64,000 bases of DNA, from NCBI GenBank assembly GCA_030679255.1, contig JAUXTO010000025.1:8719-72718 (forward strand). The letters run 5' to 3'. Positions within the stretch are counted from its first letter, which is position 1, and each line of letters begins with the position of its first letter. Shown here in pieces: positions 1-9,798 of the stretch. Both the position numbers and the translations under genes were made by a program. The DNA is from Candidatus Gottesmanbacteria bacterium. Lineage in GTDB: Bacteria; Patescibacteriota; Microgenomatia; UBA10105; UBA927. The notes beneath the pieces are model-generated. The model did not search any database. It saw only the letters and a program-made list of their open reading frames with translations, and was not told where the DNA came from.

Positions 1-502
1 CAAAGGACGCAGCAAGGGCATCTTTAATCGGAATAAAATCTCGCCGGACCGCGCCTTGGGAAATAGCAAAAATTTCCTGCTCGGCTTTATCCAATATTTC
101 CCGGGCGCTTCCTTCATCTTTAAATGCCATCGTCGTCACGCGGGCGGCTGTTTCGATAAGCCGGCGTTTGGTAAAATGCTCCACGATGATACGAGCGTAC
201 TGCTCGGCATGGGCGCTTGTGGGGACGGTGTTGAGAAGTTCGCTCACATAAGTCGCCCCCCCAACGGCCTTGAGATTACCGGAGGTTTTAAGCGCCGCAG
301 TGAGCGTGACGACGTCTATGGGATCATGCGCTTCAAAAAGCGTCACCATTGCCGCAAAGATCATCCCGTGCTGATCATTATAAAAGTGTGCCGGGCGTAA
401 AAACTCAGCGACGTCGATCATGGCGTCTTTATCGATGAGCACAGCGCCCAGCACCGACTGTTCGGCGACAGAATCATGAGGAGGAACTTTGGGATCTTGC
501 AT
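1..502 (-). CDS. dnaB: Replicative DNA helicase, 5' part (runs off window)
   Basis: Minus strand from ATG at 502 reads MQDPKVPPHDSVAEQSVLGAVLIDKDAMIDVAEFLRPAHFY, a typical DnaB N-terminus. Confidence 0.9.
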   Translation of the reverse strand, partial: MQDPKVPPHDSVAEQSVLGAVLIDKDAMIDVAEFLRPAHFYNDQHGMIFAAMVTLFEAHDPIDVVTLTAALKTSGNLKAVGGATYVSELLNTVPTSAHAEQYARIIVEHFTKRRLIETAARVTTMAFKDEGSAREILDKAEQEIFAISQGAVRRDFIPIKDALAASF

Positions 503-507
503 AACTA

Positions 508-640
508 ATTTACAAATCTGCAAATGGCAAATCTGCAAATAAATGAGGAAATGTACAATGAATGATTAAATCATTTTCACAATTTACTCATTACGTCTTC
601 ATTTATTTGTAGATTCGCAGATTTGTATATTTGCAGATTT
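508..640. repeat. Inverted arms of degenerate 8-mer repeats (long hairpin)
   Basis: TACAAATCTGCAAATGGCAAATCTGCAAATAAATGA versus TCATTTATTTGTAGATTCGCAGATTTGTA. Confidence 0.8.
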
Positions 641-1284
641 CACTGGAGCACAACGACCTGCATCTCTTCCGGGAGTTTGTCGCGGGTGACAGAAAATTTG
701 GGCTGGGGAGAAACTTCTGTCTTACCCATCTCTTTAAGAAATGCGTCAACGCCGGAAAGCTCTGCAAACATTTTTTGATCTAAGCCAGGACGGTTATAAT
801 GCATGGGGATGACGATCGTGGGTTCGATCTCTCCAACGATTTTGGCGGCCACCGAAGCGTCAATCGTGTACACGCCCCCCACCGGGACGAGCAGGATATC
901 TACGCCATCCAGGCTATCCACATCTGCTGCCGTAAGTTCGTGGCCCAAGTCACCCAAATGGACGACGGACAATCCGTCTATTTCTATGCGATAGATGGTG
1001 TTTTTTCCCCTTTTCGCTCCCTTTTGATCATCGTGATAGACCCCGAGTCCCACCACGCCGACTCCTTTGATCTCATACTCGCCGGGGCCGGTGACAATAA
1101 ATGGATTACCTTCTACTAAACGCAATGCATTGTGGTCTTCATGTTGATGCGAAACGGTGACGATATCAGCCTCAACATGCTTCGGAAACGTGAGTCCGAT
1201 GTTGCTGCCATACGGATCCGTGACCACCGTCGCAGCTTTTCCGCGGAGCTTAAATGATGAATGTCCAAGATATGTTATGTCCAT
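640..1284 (-). CDS. MBL-fold metallo-hydrolase (Lactamase_B_3-like)
   Basis: GHSSF, SHQHEDH, HLGDLG, IPMHY motifs. Confidence 0.9.
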   Translation of the reverse strand: MDITYLGHSSFKLRGKAATVVTDPYGSNIGLTFPKHVEADIVTVSHQHEDHNALRLVEGNPFIVTGPGEYEIKGVGVVGLGVYHDDQKGAKRGKNTIYRIEIDGLSVVHLGDLGHELTAADVDSLDGVDILLVPVGGVYTIDASVAAKIVGEIEPTIVIPMHYNRPGLDQKMFAELSGVDAFLKEMGKTEVSPQPKFSVTRDKLPEEMQVVVLQ

Positions 1285-1339
1285 GCTTGCAATTTATACC
1301 ACTTTCTCCTATCCTATGACAACTGCCGCTTTTACTTCA

Positions 1340-1789
1340 ATGAATAAAGACGCAATGCTCGCGACCACGATTGGCCTCATACTCGGACTCACGATTGCCG
1401 GGGTTTTCATTTTTGGACCGGGGATTGCCCGGGCTATACCAAAGTTCTCGCTCCCATCGTTCTCGTTGCCAAAACCCTCGACAAAAACATCTCCCCAGCC
1501 CACAAGTACTCCGAAAGAATTTTCGGTTACCATAACCGCGCCGCTTGCTGATGCGGTAGAGCCTAAAAAGGATGTGGTAGTTTCAGGGCTTACCATTACT
1601 GGCGCCACCGTGGTCATTCAGGGACCTATCGACGAGGATGTCGTCCTGGCTGGAGAGGGCGGCGCCTATGCAGGACGGGTCACCGCTCTAGAAGGCAAAA
1701 ATGATATCACCGTGACGGCCTATGCCCAAAACGGAACCAAACAAGCACAGAGCTCAGTCACTATTTTTTATACCGAAGAAAATTTTTAA
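1340..1789 (+). CDS. Membrane-anchored hypothetical protein with Ig-like C-terminal domain
   Basis: N-terminal TM helix, P/S/T linker, beta-rich C-terminus (EGKNDITVTA). Confidence 0.6.
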   Translation: MNKDAMLATTIGLILGLTIAGVFIFGPGIARAIPKFSLPSFSLPKPSTKTSPQPTSTPKEFSVTITAPLADAVEPKKDVVVSGLTITGATVVIQGPIDEDVVLAGEGGAYAGRVTALEGKNDITVTAYAQNGTKQAQSSVTIFYTEENF

Positions 1790-1790
1790 T

Positions 1791-2588
1791 ATGAAAAAAG
1801 TATCTCTCTATCTATTCACCATTTCCATGATGTCTCTTCTATTTCCATCGCCGGTGGCGTTGGCTGCACTAGCCACTCCGTCAGCCGCGCCAAAGGTCAG
1901 TACAGCAAGCGCGACCACAAAAAAAATTGAAGACCTCAAGGATCGATTGGCGACCAAGGTTGCCGAGCTTCGACAGACTTCCCGCCGTGCAATCGTGGGC
2001 ACGGTCAAATCTACATCGATCACGAGCTTTGTTGTAGAAACAAAAACGAAAGACATTAAAATCGAGCTTATGGATGAAATCAAAGTAATACAATATCTTA
2101 AAGGCAAACGAACGATTCTTACTGGTGAAGATATAGCCAAAGGTGATCTCGTCGCGGTCTTTGGGGAACACGATGCCACGCTGGACCTACTCAAAGCCAC
2201 CATCGTCGTGATTCAATCCCGAAGTCCCGAGCGTATTTCGGGCACAGTCAGTGCACGCGACGACACGGAGTTTACGCTGACCATTACCACACCACAAGGA
2301 CAAACGATGATGATAGATATCGAAAAAGCAACGAAAACACTCGCCTGGAATCGGGAGAAGAAAGAAATTATCAAATCCGGATTTTCTAAAATCACCGTCG
2401 GGGCTACTGTCCACATCGTAGGATTCCCCGTTCCCAAAAAAGAAAATCGGATGAGCGCCGACCGGATTCTTGACCTTGGCAATCTTGCCTCCCCCGCGGA
2501 TCTTGCGATTCCGTCTACACCGACCCCTACGGAAAAACAAGCATCTCCTTCGGCCGCAGCCACCAAGAAACCTACTCCAACCCCGTAA
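1791..2588 (+). CDS. Secreted hypothetical protein with two beta-barrel-like repeats
   Basis: Signal peptide; two G-T-V...(K/V)GD/GA-x-V repeats; P/T-rich tail. Confidence 0.6.
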   Translation: MKKVSLYLFTISMMSLLFPSPVALAALATPSAAPKVSTASATTKKIEDLKDRLATKVAELRQTSRRAIVGTVKSTSITSFVVETKTKDIKIELMDEIKVIQYLKGKRTILTGEDIAKGDLVAVFGEHDATLDLLKATIVVIQSRSPERISGTVSARDDTEFTLTITTPQGQTMMIDIEKATKTLAWNREKKEIIKSGFSKITVGATVHIVGFPVPKKENRMSADRILDLGNLASPADLAIPSTPTPTEKQASPSAAATKKPTPTP

Positions 2589-2648
2589 AGGCCTGGCCTT
2601 AGCCTTGTTTATCCTGAGCTTGTCGCAGGAGAAGGCCTGGCCTTGAGA
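2588..2648. repeat. REP-like palindromes AAGGCCTGGCCTT x2 around a CCTGAGCTTGTCGCAGG hairpin
   Basis: Copies at 2588-2600 and 2632-2644; same core at 11284-11310. Confidence 0.7.
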
Positions 2649-2697
2649 CTGTTACGATTTGACCGTTCTATTCTCGGTATGCTATCGTATTACCATA

Positions 2698-3054
2698 ATG
2701 AAACAATCGAGCGATACTTCCTACCCCACCCCCGCGATGAAAGAACTTTTCCACGCAATACTTCGGATCAAAACTCCCGATGAAGCATCAAACTTTTTCC
2801 GCGACCTTCTCACCATTGCCGAACTCAAAGAATTTACCAACCGCTGGCAGGTCGTGAAACTTCTGTATGAAGGCATGACGTATGAAGCAATTGCCAAACG
2901 CCTGATGATTTCTACGGCGACCGTCACCCGAGTCACCCACTGGCTCCACCATGGAATGGATGGGTACAAAGCCGTGGCAAACCGGGCGTTTCTAAAAGGA
3001 AAATTAAAAGTCGTTGATCGTCATCCTCGGGCCCGAGGATCCAGTTCAATTTAG
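2698..3054 (+). CDS. TrpR-like repressor (YerC/YecD family, candidate HisR)
   Basis: FFRDLLTIAEL..RWQV..L..G.TY..I.....STATVTRV signature; upstream of his operon. Confidence 0.85.
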   Translation: MKQSSDTSYPTPAMKELFHAILRIKTPDEASNFFRDLLTIAELKEFTNRWQVVKLLYEGMTYEAIAKRLMISTATVTRVTHWLHHGMDGYKAVANRAFLKGKLKVVDRHPRARGSSSI

Positions 3055-3644
3055 AAATTTGACACCATCTGTTTTCTAATAGGTTCATACTTCGTTTTCA
3101 CCTCTCCATCAACAGTAATCTTTGAAAATTGAGCAGGCAGAGGTTTTGCTGTATGCATACTCGGTCCATCTTGAAGATGAAAATGAATATGCGGCTCACT
3201 CGTGTTGCCGGTATTTCCGCACAATCCCAACAGATTGCCTTGTATCACGTGATCCCCAACCTTTACCTGAATAGAGTTATATTTGAAATGACATAGCACG
3301 CTGAATTCGCCGTTTTGGTGATCGATGATGACGGTATTGCCCACGCCCACCGCCCGATCGCGCTCGCCGGGCAGGACATCTATCGCGCCATTTATTACCT
3401 GAATAATAACGCCGTCGCCCGGAGCAATGACCTCCTCACTGTACACGTCATATTCTTCAAGTTTTTCTCCAGCTCCCGTATGCCCTCTTCTGAAATCATA
3501 CGCATATATCTGGTTCTTCGGCCCATCCCCACTCGCAAATTTTACATGATTATTCGTCTCTCCCGTTCGCCCACCATTACTCACCATCCACGTCCCCAAA
3601 AATGGAAGTACAAGTTTCGTTTTTGTTTGATAATCCATACCCAT
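3051..3644 (-). CDS. M23 family peptidase
   Basis: YAYDF, CGNTGNTSEPHIHF motifs. Confidence 0.85.
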   Translation of the reverse strand: MGMDYQTKTKLVLPFLGTWMVSNGGRTGETNNHVKFASGDGPKNQIYAYDFRRGHTGAGEKLEEYDVYSEEVIAPGDGVIIQVINGAIDVLPGERDRAVGVGNTVIIDHQNGEFSVLCHFKYNSIQVKVGDHVIQGNLLGLCGNTGNTSEPHIHFHLQDGPSMHTAKPLPAQFSKITVDGEVKTKYEPIRKQMVSNF

Positions 3645-3706
3645 AGTATACTTGGTACCGGTACGTAAATTTTTTCCGCATCACTAATCGCGGCCAAATA
3701 TCTCTC

Positions 3707-3741
3707 TTGACATCATCATGGTAACATGTTAACATGCTATT
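3707..3741 (+). promoter_or_regulatory. Sigma70 promoter of his leader with overlapping palindromic operator
   Basis: TTGACA(3707)-17 nt-TAACAT with extended TG; CATGGTAA-CATGTTAA-CATGCTAT 8-bp periodic palindrome. Confidence 0.7.
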
Positions 3742-3794
3742 ATTCAATTAATTAATCATTCTACACTTCTCTGTAGGAGTGTAGAAATTTGTCT

Positions 3795-3893
3795 ATGAAA
3801 CTTTTCAATCAATCAAATCAATTTTCTTACAACCAAGCCGCTTCCGACGCGGCTTCTTCCGCTCGCTCCCCCCGCCATCATACCTACTCCTAA
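3795..3893 (+). CDS. Putative his leader peptide (32 aa, His-His)
   Basis: MKLFNQSNQFSYNQAASDAASSARSPRHHTYS*; CAT CAT at 3876-3881. Confidence 0.6.
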   Translation: MKLFNQSNQFSYNQAASDAASSARSPRHHTYS

Positions 3894-4014
3894 TCATCCC
3901 CCGCGCGTCGCGGAGTTCTGAAGTTTTTTTCCAATTTTCATTTATCATTCGTAGATTTACAGATTCGTAGATTCATCATTTCTTCATAACTCCCCCACTC
4001 GCAGGAACACTATT

Positions 4015-4086
4015 GGTGGCTGTAGCTCAAAAGTAGAGCATCCCGTTGTGGGCGGGAGTGAGCGGGAGCGTTACCCGTCAGTCACC
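4015..4086 (+). tRNA. tRNA-His(GUG) with atypical D/T loops, no encoded CCA
   Basis: Acceptor GTGGCTG/CAGTCAC, D-stem GCTC/GAGC, anticodon stem TCCCG/CGGGA with GTG at 4048-4050, T-stem GCGGG/CCCGT, G-1:C73. Confidence 0.85.
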
Positions 4087-4100
4087 CTAAGGAGGAATTT

Positions 4101-4979
4101 ATGACAGCAATAAACAACAAAAATCTAAAATTAGCGATGCAAAAAGAGGGGCGGCTGACCGAAGAAACGCTTGAATTTTTGCGTAAATCCGGCCTGGAAT
4201 TTGAAAGCTACAACCAAAGGCTTTTCTCGACATGCAGAAATTTTCCATTAGAGATCCTCTACGTGCGAGATGATGACATACCAGACTATGTAGCCTCCGG
4301 AACGGTTGATCTGGGGATCCTCGGACAAAATATACTCTCTGAGGAGAGACCGAAGGTAAAAAAACTCCTCAATTTACGTTTTGGGTTTTGTACGCTTTTT
4401 ATTGCGGTCCCAAAGGAATCACAGATCAATAATCTCTCCGATCTCAATGGCAAAACCATCGCGACAACCTACCCTAACTCTACCCAAAATTTTCTTCTAA
4501 AGAATAAAGTTGAAGCAAAAATAGTAACAATAAGCGGATCTGTGGAAATCACCCCTGCCCTTGGCGTAGCCGATGCCATATCCGACCTTCTCTCTACCGG
4601 AAGCACCCTGGCTCTGAATGATTTGCGGCCACTGACTAAAGTCTACGACTCCGAAGCCATACTCATCGCAAATGAAGAAAGTGTCGCATCCAAAAATAAA
4701 ATGATGCTCCTTAATAATCTTCTGACGAGATTTAAAGGAGTACTCTCAGCAAAAAATTACAAATATATACTGATGAGCGCTCCCGAAGAAAAACTCACGA
4801 AAATTAAAAAAATGCTGCCATCTCTTATTTTCCCCACGCTCGCAACGATTTCAAAAAATGGTTTTACGACGCTTCAAACCGTTATAAAAGAAGATGTACT
4901 TTGGGACATAACAGGCAAACTCAAAGCCGCAGGTATATCGCAAATCTTCGTATTGCCGATAGAAAAAATTATTTCGTAA
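4101..4979 (+). CDS. hisG: ATP phosphoribosyltransferase (long form)
   Basis: QKEGRL, VRDDDIP, GSVEITPALGVADAI; SD AAGGAGG. Confidence 0.95.
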   Translation: MTAINNKNLKLAMQKEGRLTEETLEFLRKSGLEFESYNQRLFSTCRNFPLEILYVRDDDIPDYVASGTVDLGILGQNILSEERPKVKKLLNLRFGFCTLFIAVPKESQINNLSDLNGKTIATTYPNSTQNFLLKNKVEAKIVTISGSVEITPALGVADAISDLLSTGSTLALNDLRPLTKVYDSEAILIANEESVASKNKMMLLNNLLTRFKGVLSAKNYKYILMSAPEEKLTKIKKMLPSLIFPTLATISKNGFTTLQTVIKEDVLWDITGKLKAAGISQIFVLPIEKIIS

Positions 4980-4984
4980 AATAT

Positions 4985-6280
4985 ATGAACATCTACTCAC
5001 TCAGCGCCATACCGAACACTGTATATGACCGTGTCATGAAGCGATCATATGGATCCAGAGCGGACATACTCCCTCGCGTTCAACAAATTTTTGAAGATGT
5101 AAGAAAATACAAAGACCGTGCACTTTTCCAAGAATATGAAAAGCGATTCGGCTTAACTCCTTCATTTTCTTTAAAAATATCACGCAAGGAAATAAAAAGT
5201 GCGTATAAGAGGGTTGACTCGTCTCTGGTTCAAGCGCTCCAACAGATGATAAAAAATATTACCAAAGTAACTACGGCTCAGATGAAGTCAAAAACTGAGA
5301 CTGCAGTATCTACGGAAAAAGGGGTCAGAGCATGGCGGGAATGGAGAGCAATAGAAAAGGTTGGCCTCTATATTCCCGGCGGAAAAGCTGTGTATCCATC
5401 TTCAGTGCTCATGAGTGGGATACCTGCGATGGTTGCCGGATGCAAAGAAGTCATTCTCTGCTCCCCTCCTTCGGATAAAGGAAAAATTCCAGCGATTATC
5501 CTCGTCGCGGCAGATATGATCGGTATTTCAAATATTTACTCCGTAGGCGGCGCTTACGCGATTGCGGCGCTGACGATTGGCACAGAAAGCATACCAAAAG
5601 TCGACAAAATTATTGGTGCGGGAAATGCGCTTGTCACGACCGCTAAAATACTAGCACTTGAAACCACAAGTATCGATATGCCGGCAGGACCGTCTGAGGT
5701 ATTCATCATCGCAGACGAATCCGCAAATCCTTCCTACATCGCTTCGGATCTTCTGGCAGACGGCGAACACGGAGATGACTCGGCGTGCGTCCTCGTCACA
5801 ACATCATCTGATGTCGCCAAGAGCACGATACTTGAAATAGAAAAACAATTAATACACTTGCCTACTGCATCTCGTGTTCGCGAATCGCTAAGAAAGTACG
5901 GACTCGTTGCCGTTGTCAATTCTCTAGAGCAAGCAATCATTTTTGCAAATGACTACGCACCGGAGCACTTGGAAATTATGACAAAAAATCCAGTCGCGGT
6001 ATCTAAAAAAATTAATAATGCTGGCTCTGTTTTTATCGGAAACTATACATCCAAATCGGCAGGAGACTATGCTACCGGTGCGAATCACATATTGCCGACC
6101 GGTGGCATGGCAAAATCATATCCTCCTCTAGGTGTAGACGCGTTTGGGAAATGGATGCAGATCCAAGAATGCACAAAACAGGGCTTAAAAAATATTCAAA
6201 AAACAATTGAAGCCATCGCGACAGTGGAACAATTGCCAGCACACAAAAATTCTACATCAATACGATTTCAAAGTATATGA
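4985..6280 (+). CDS. hisD: Histidinol dehydrogenase
   Basis: GLYIPGG, IDMPAGPSE, APEHLE, GDYATGANHILPT. Confidence 0.95.
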   Translation: MNIYSLSAIPNTVYDRVMKRSYGSRADILPRVQQIFEDVRKYKDRALFQEYEKRFGLTPSFSLKISRKEIKSAYKRVDSSLVQALQQMIKNITKVTTAQMKSKTETAVSTEKGVRAWREWRAIEKVGLYIPGGKAVYPSSVLMSGIPAMVAGCKEVILCSPPSDKGKIPAIILVAADMIGISNIYSVGGAYAIAALTIGTESIPKVDKIIGAGNALVTTAKILALETTSIDMPAGPSEVFIIADESANPSYIASDLLADGEHGDDSACVLVTTSSDVAKSTILEIEKQLIHLPTASRVRESLRKYGLVAVVNSLEQAIIFANDYAPEHLEIMTKNPVAVSKKINNAGSVFIGNYTSKSAGDYATGANHILPTGGMAKSYPPLGVDAFGKWMQIQECTKQGLKNIQKTIEAIATVEQLPAHKNSTSIRFQSI

Positions 6281-7839
6281 ATAATCTAGTATTACAAAGA
6301 ATACGAAATATGAAACCATACGCGCTTCCAATCTCTGAGAGGCGTGCGTATCGTGGAATGCTGTTAGACTTTAACGAGCGCACAGTATCGACTTCTCCTA
6401 TCATCAAAAAAGCTATATTAAACCTATTGAAATCAGACACATTGCAGCTATACCCAGAATACGGTGGACTTGAGGTAAAGTTAGCGAAATATGCAGGCGT
6501 CGATTCAGATCAGATATTAATTACAAACGGATCTGACCAAGGGATTGATCTTGTATTTCGTACATTTACAGAAACCGGAGACACTGTCATCATTCCAACT
6601 CCCAGTTTTGCAATGTTCTCTCAGTCTGCTTGTATATCAGGAAATAAAATTCTCCGTCCTATGTATGCTAAGAAGAATTTGTCGTTTCCTCTCGATGACG
6701 TACTGTCAATGATAAATGGATCCATAAAACTCATTGTCCTCTGTAACCCAAATAACCCTACCGGCACAGCAGTGTCAATTGATGGTATTGAGCAAATTGC
6801 GCAGAGGGCACCTAATGCAATAATTCTTGTCGACGAAGCATATTTTGAATTTTCAGCACTTACAGCTGTTACGCTCATTGAGAAATACCCAAACATTATC
6901 GTAATACGAACACTTTCAAAAGCCTTTGGCCTCTCGTCACTGCGTATCGGCTATATTGTTGCATCAAAAAATTACATTAATGAGTTTTCTAAAATTCGAG
7001 GACCGTTTGATGTAAATATGATCGCATACACAGCTTCACTGGCAGCACTTGAGGACCTAAAAGACATGCAAAGGTATGTGAATGAAGTAATGAAAAAATC
7101 CAAGCCGATGATTGAAAAATTTTTCTTTGAAAACGATATAAGATTTTATGCATCTGCTGCTAACTTTATTCTTTATAAACCAATTCAAGAACAGGAAGAA
7201 AAAATATTAAGAGACAACGGCATCTTAGTACGTGCACAAGATAAAACTAATATAGAAAATACCCTTCGTTTAACTATAGGAACTATTGAACAGATGAAAC
7301 AATTCATAAAAGTTTACCGAAATAAGATATTGAAAAAATCGAAATCAATAAAATACGCGTTTATAGATCGCGACGGAACATTAATTTTTGAGCCTCAAGA
7401 TACATTTCAGATTGACAGCATAGAGAAGTTAAAAATTTTAGACGGAGTAATCCCTTCACTCAATAAACTCAGTAAGAAAGGGTACGAACTTATTATGGTA
7501 TCAAATCAGGATGGCTTAGGAACGTCGGCTTTTCCACTTGCAAATTTTGAAGTGCCTCAAAACAAAATGCTAGAAATTTTTGAGAAAAATGGTATTACAT
7601 TTACCAAAATATATATCTGTCCACACATGCCATCGGAAAGCTGTATGTGCAGGAAACCAAAAATCGGACTTGTAAAAAAATTTCTAAAAGTGAACCAGAT
7701 AGACAAGAATAACTCCTTTGTCTGTGGAGATCGAGAGACTGACAGACGCTTTGCAAAAAATATCGGAATCAAATATGTCTCTATGAAAACGAATGGAAAT
7801 TTTCAAACAGCTCTATCACAAGGAGGTATAATTGTATGA
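6277..7839 (+). CDS. hisC: Histidinol-phosphate aminotransferase fused to C-terminal HAD histidinol phosphatase
   Basis: NPNNPTG, DEAY, RTLSKAFGL; then FIDRDGTLI, SNQDG, CPH...CRKPK, GDRETD. Confidence 0.9.
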   Translation: MNNLVLQRIRNMKPYALPISERRAYRGMLLDFNERTVSTSPIIKKAILNLLKSDTLQLYPEYGGLEVKLAKYAGVDSDQILITNGSDQGIDLVFRTFTETGDTVIIPTPSFAMFSQSACISGNKILRPMYAKKNLSFPLDDVLSMINGSIKLIVLCNPNNPTGTAVSIDGIEQIAQRAPNAIILVDEAYFEFSALTAVTLIEKYPNIIVIRTLSKAFGLSSLRIGYIVASKNYINEFSKIRGPFDVNMIAYTASLAALEDLKDMQRYVNEVMKKSKPMIEKFFFENDIRFYASAANFILYKPIQEQEEKILRDNGILVRAQDKTNIENTLRLTIGTIEQMKQFIKVYRNKILKKSKSIKYAFIDRDGTLIFEPQDTFQIDSIEKLKILDGVIPSLNKLSKKGYELIMVSNQDGLGTSAFPLANFEVPQNKMLEIFEKNGITFTKIYICPHMPSESCMCRKPKIGLVKKFLKVNQIDKNNSFVCGDRETDRRFAKNIGIKYVSMKTNGNFQTALSQGGIIV

Positions 7840-8426
7840 ACCGAAAAGCAATAATAAGCAGGAAAACAAACGAAACTGACATTTCAGTAGACCTGAACAT
7901 TGACGGAACAGGAAAAAGAACTATAGATATACCGATAGGATTTCTAACGCACATGTTGGATCTATTGTCCAAACACGGCATGTTTGATCTTTCCATAAAA
8001 GCTCGCGGAGATACAAATATAGACGAGCACCACACGGTCGAAGACATTGGCATTGTCTTGGGCGAGGCGTTCGCAAAAGCTCTTGGGGATAAAAAGGGCA
8101 TCAGTCGATATGGCTTTTTTATACTCCCGATGGATGAAGCAGTGGCGACGGTGGCTGTCGATTTTGCGGGACGATATGCGTTTACGCTCGACTGTCCATT
8201 TTCCCGAGAAAAGGTTGGTGATTTACCAACAGAGCTCGTCTATGATTTCTGGGATGCATTTGCCCAAAACGCAAAGGTAAATTTATTTATCAAAGTCGAA
8301 AACGGCCGGAACGATCACCACAAAATTGAAGGGGTATTTAAAGCAACTGCCCGGGCAATACGTATGGCGTGCGGATGGGACGAGCGGGCAATCAATCAAT
8401 TACCATCAACAAAAGGAACGTTATGA
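7836..8426 (+). CDS. hisB: Imidazoleglycerol-phosphate dehydratase
   Basis: RKTNETDI, DEHHTVED, NDHHKIE. Confidence 0.95.
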   Translation: MNRKAIISRKTNETDISVDLNIDGTGKRTIDIPIGFLTHMLDLLSKHGMFDLSIKARGDTNIDEHHTVEDIGIVLGEAFAKALGDKKGISRYGFFILPMDEAVATVAVDFAGRYAFTLDCPFSREKVGDLPTELVYDFWDAFAQNAKVNLFIKVENGRNDHHKIEGVFKATARAIRMACGWDERAINQLPSTKGTL

Positions 8427-9037
8427 TAACCATCATTGATTATGGATTGGGAAATATCGGAAGCGTGGCAAACACGCTTACGCGACTTGGCCAAACGTAC
8501 CAAATAAGCGCTGACCCAGCAGAGATCAGATCTGCTGATGTGCTGTTATTGCCGGGTGTCGGCGCGGCGGGGGTTGGCATGAAAAATTTACGGGATCGAG
8601 GGCTCGACGTTGCTATTCGACGTGCAATACAAAACGGAAAACCATTTCTTGGAATTTGCCTCGGTATGCAATTGTTGTTTGACTATAGCGAAGAAGCCGA
8701 TACTCCATGTCTGGGAATACTCAAGGGATCGGTGAAAAAATTTCAGCGCGAACGGAAGGTGCCCCAAATCGGATGGAATCTAGTAATTCCGGTCAAGACA
8801 AATCCGAATGCTGTGCGATTGTTTGCCGGCATTCCGGAAAGAAACGCGTTTTATTTTGTAAACAGTTATTACCCAATTCCGGCTGATACGTCAGTCGTTG
8901 CGGCGACAACCGAATATGGCGAGCAGTTTGCAAGTGTCGTTGCGATAAAAAATATCGTTGCGACACAATTCCACCCGGAAAAAAGCGGCGAAACAGGACT
9001 CAGATTGTTACAAAATTTTATAAAGGAGTATGTATGA
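8423..9037 (+). CDS. hisH: Imidazole glycerol phosphate synthase glutaminase subunit
   Basis: LPGVG, GICLGMQ, QFHPEKS. Confidence 0.95.
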   Translation: MITIIDYGLGNIGSVANTLTRLGQTYQISADPAEIRSADVLLLPGVGAAGVGMKNLRDRGLDVAIRRAIQNGKPFLGICLGMQLLFDYSEEADTPCLGILKGSVKKFQRERKVPQIGWNLVIPVKTNPNAVRLFAGIPERNAFYFVNSYYPIPADTSVVAATTEYGEQFASVVAIKNIVATQFHPEKSGETGLRLLQNFIKEYV

Positions 9038-9798
9038 CAACCAAACGCATTATTCCATGTCTGGATATGACGCAAGGAAAAGTGGTGAAAGGGATTCAAT
9101 TCGTGGATTTCCGGGATGCCGGAGATCCGGTCGTGCTTGCCAAAAAATACAGTGAAACAGGAGCGGATGAATTAGTATTTTTGGATATCACGGCCACGGT
9201 TGAAAATCGGCCAATTCTTTTGGATGTTGTGGAGAGAACGGCAAAAAATGTAACTATCCCTTTTTCCGTAGGCGGCGGTATCAGAACTATCGAAGATATG
9301 CGTCAAATATTACTAGCCGGAGCGGATAAGGTATCGGTAAACACTGGAGCGGTAAATAACCCTGCGCTCATTACGAAATGTGCCAACGCATTTGGCAATC
9401 AGTGTGTAGTACTGTCTTTAGATGCAAAACAGATGGCACCAGGACAGTGGAATGCTTTTATTAACGGTGGCATGAAGGATTCTGGTAAATCAGCGATTGA
9501 TTGGGCAAAAGAAGCCACGCGGTTAGGTGCGGGCGAAATTCTTCTGACGAGTATCGATCAAGACGGTACAAAAAAAGGATTTAATATAGGTCTTACAAGA
9601 GAAGTTTCTCGGAACGTATCCGTACCGGTGATAGCTTCAGGAGGAGCCGGGAAAAAAGAGGATTTTTTAGATGTGTTTGTAAAGGGTGAAGCGGACGCTG
9701 CTCTTGCCGCATCATTGTTTCACTTTAGCGAATTGACAATCAAGGAGCTTAAACAATATCTCAAAGAACAAAATGTCATAATACGGGAGGCTTTATGA
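9034..9798 (+). CDS. hisF: Imidazole glycerol phosphate synthase cyclase subunit
   Basis: [37 protein letters not shown]. Confidence 0.95.
   Translation: MTTKRIIPCLDMTQGKVVKGIQFVDFRDAGDPVVLAKKYSETGADELVFLDITATVENRPILLDVVERTAKNVTIPFSVGGGIRTIEDMRQILLAGADKVSVNTGAVNNPALITKCANAFGNQCVVLSLDAKQMAPGQWNAFINGGMKDSGKSAIDWAKEATRLGAGEILLTSIDQDGTKKGFNIGLTREVSRNVSVPVIASGGAGKKEDFLDVFVKGEADAALAASLFHFSELTIKELKQYLKEQNVIIREAL

Noticed and set aside
56-400. Antisense and alternate-frame ORFs from the track (also 17536-18249, 32588-33229, 54566-55195, 59786-60481)
   Set aside because: Shadows of well-supported genes on the opposite strand.
3742-4014. T-box riboswitch for the his operon
   Set aside because: No TGGNACC T-box motif or recognisable stem I motifs.
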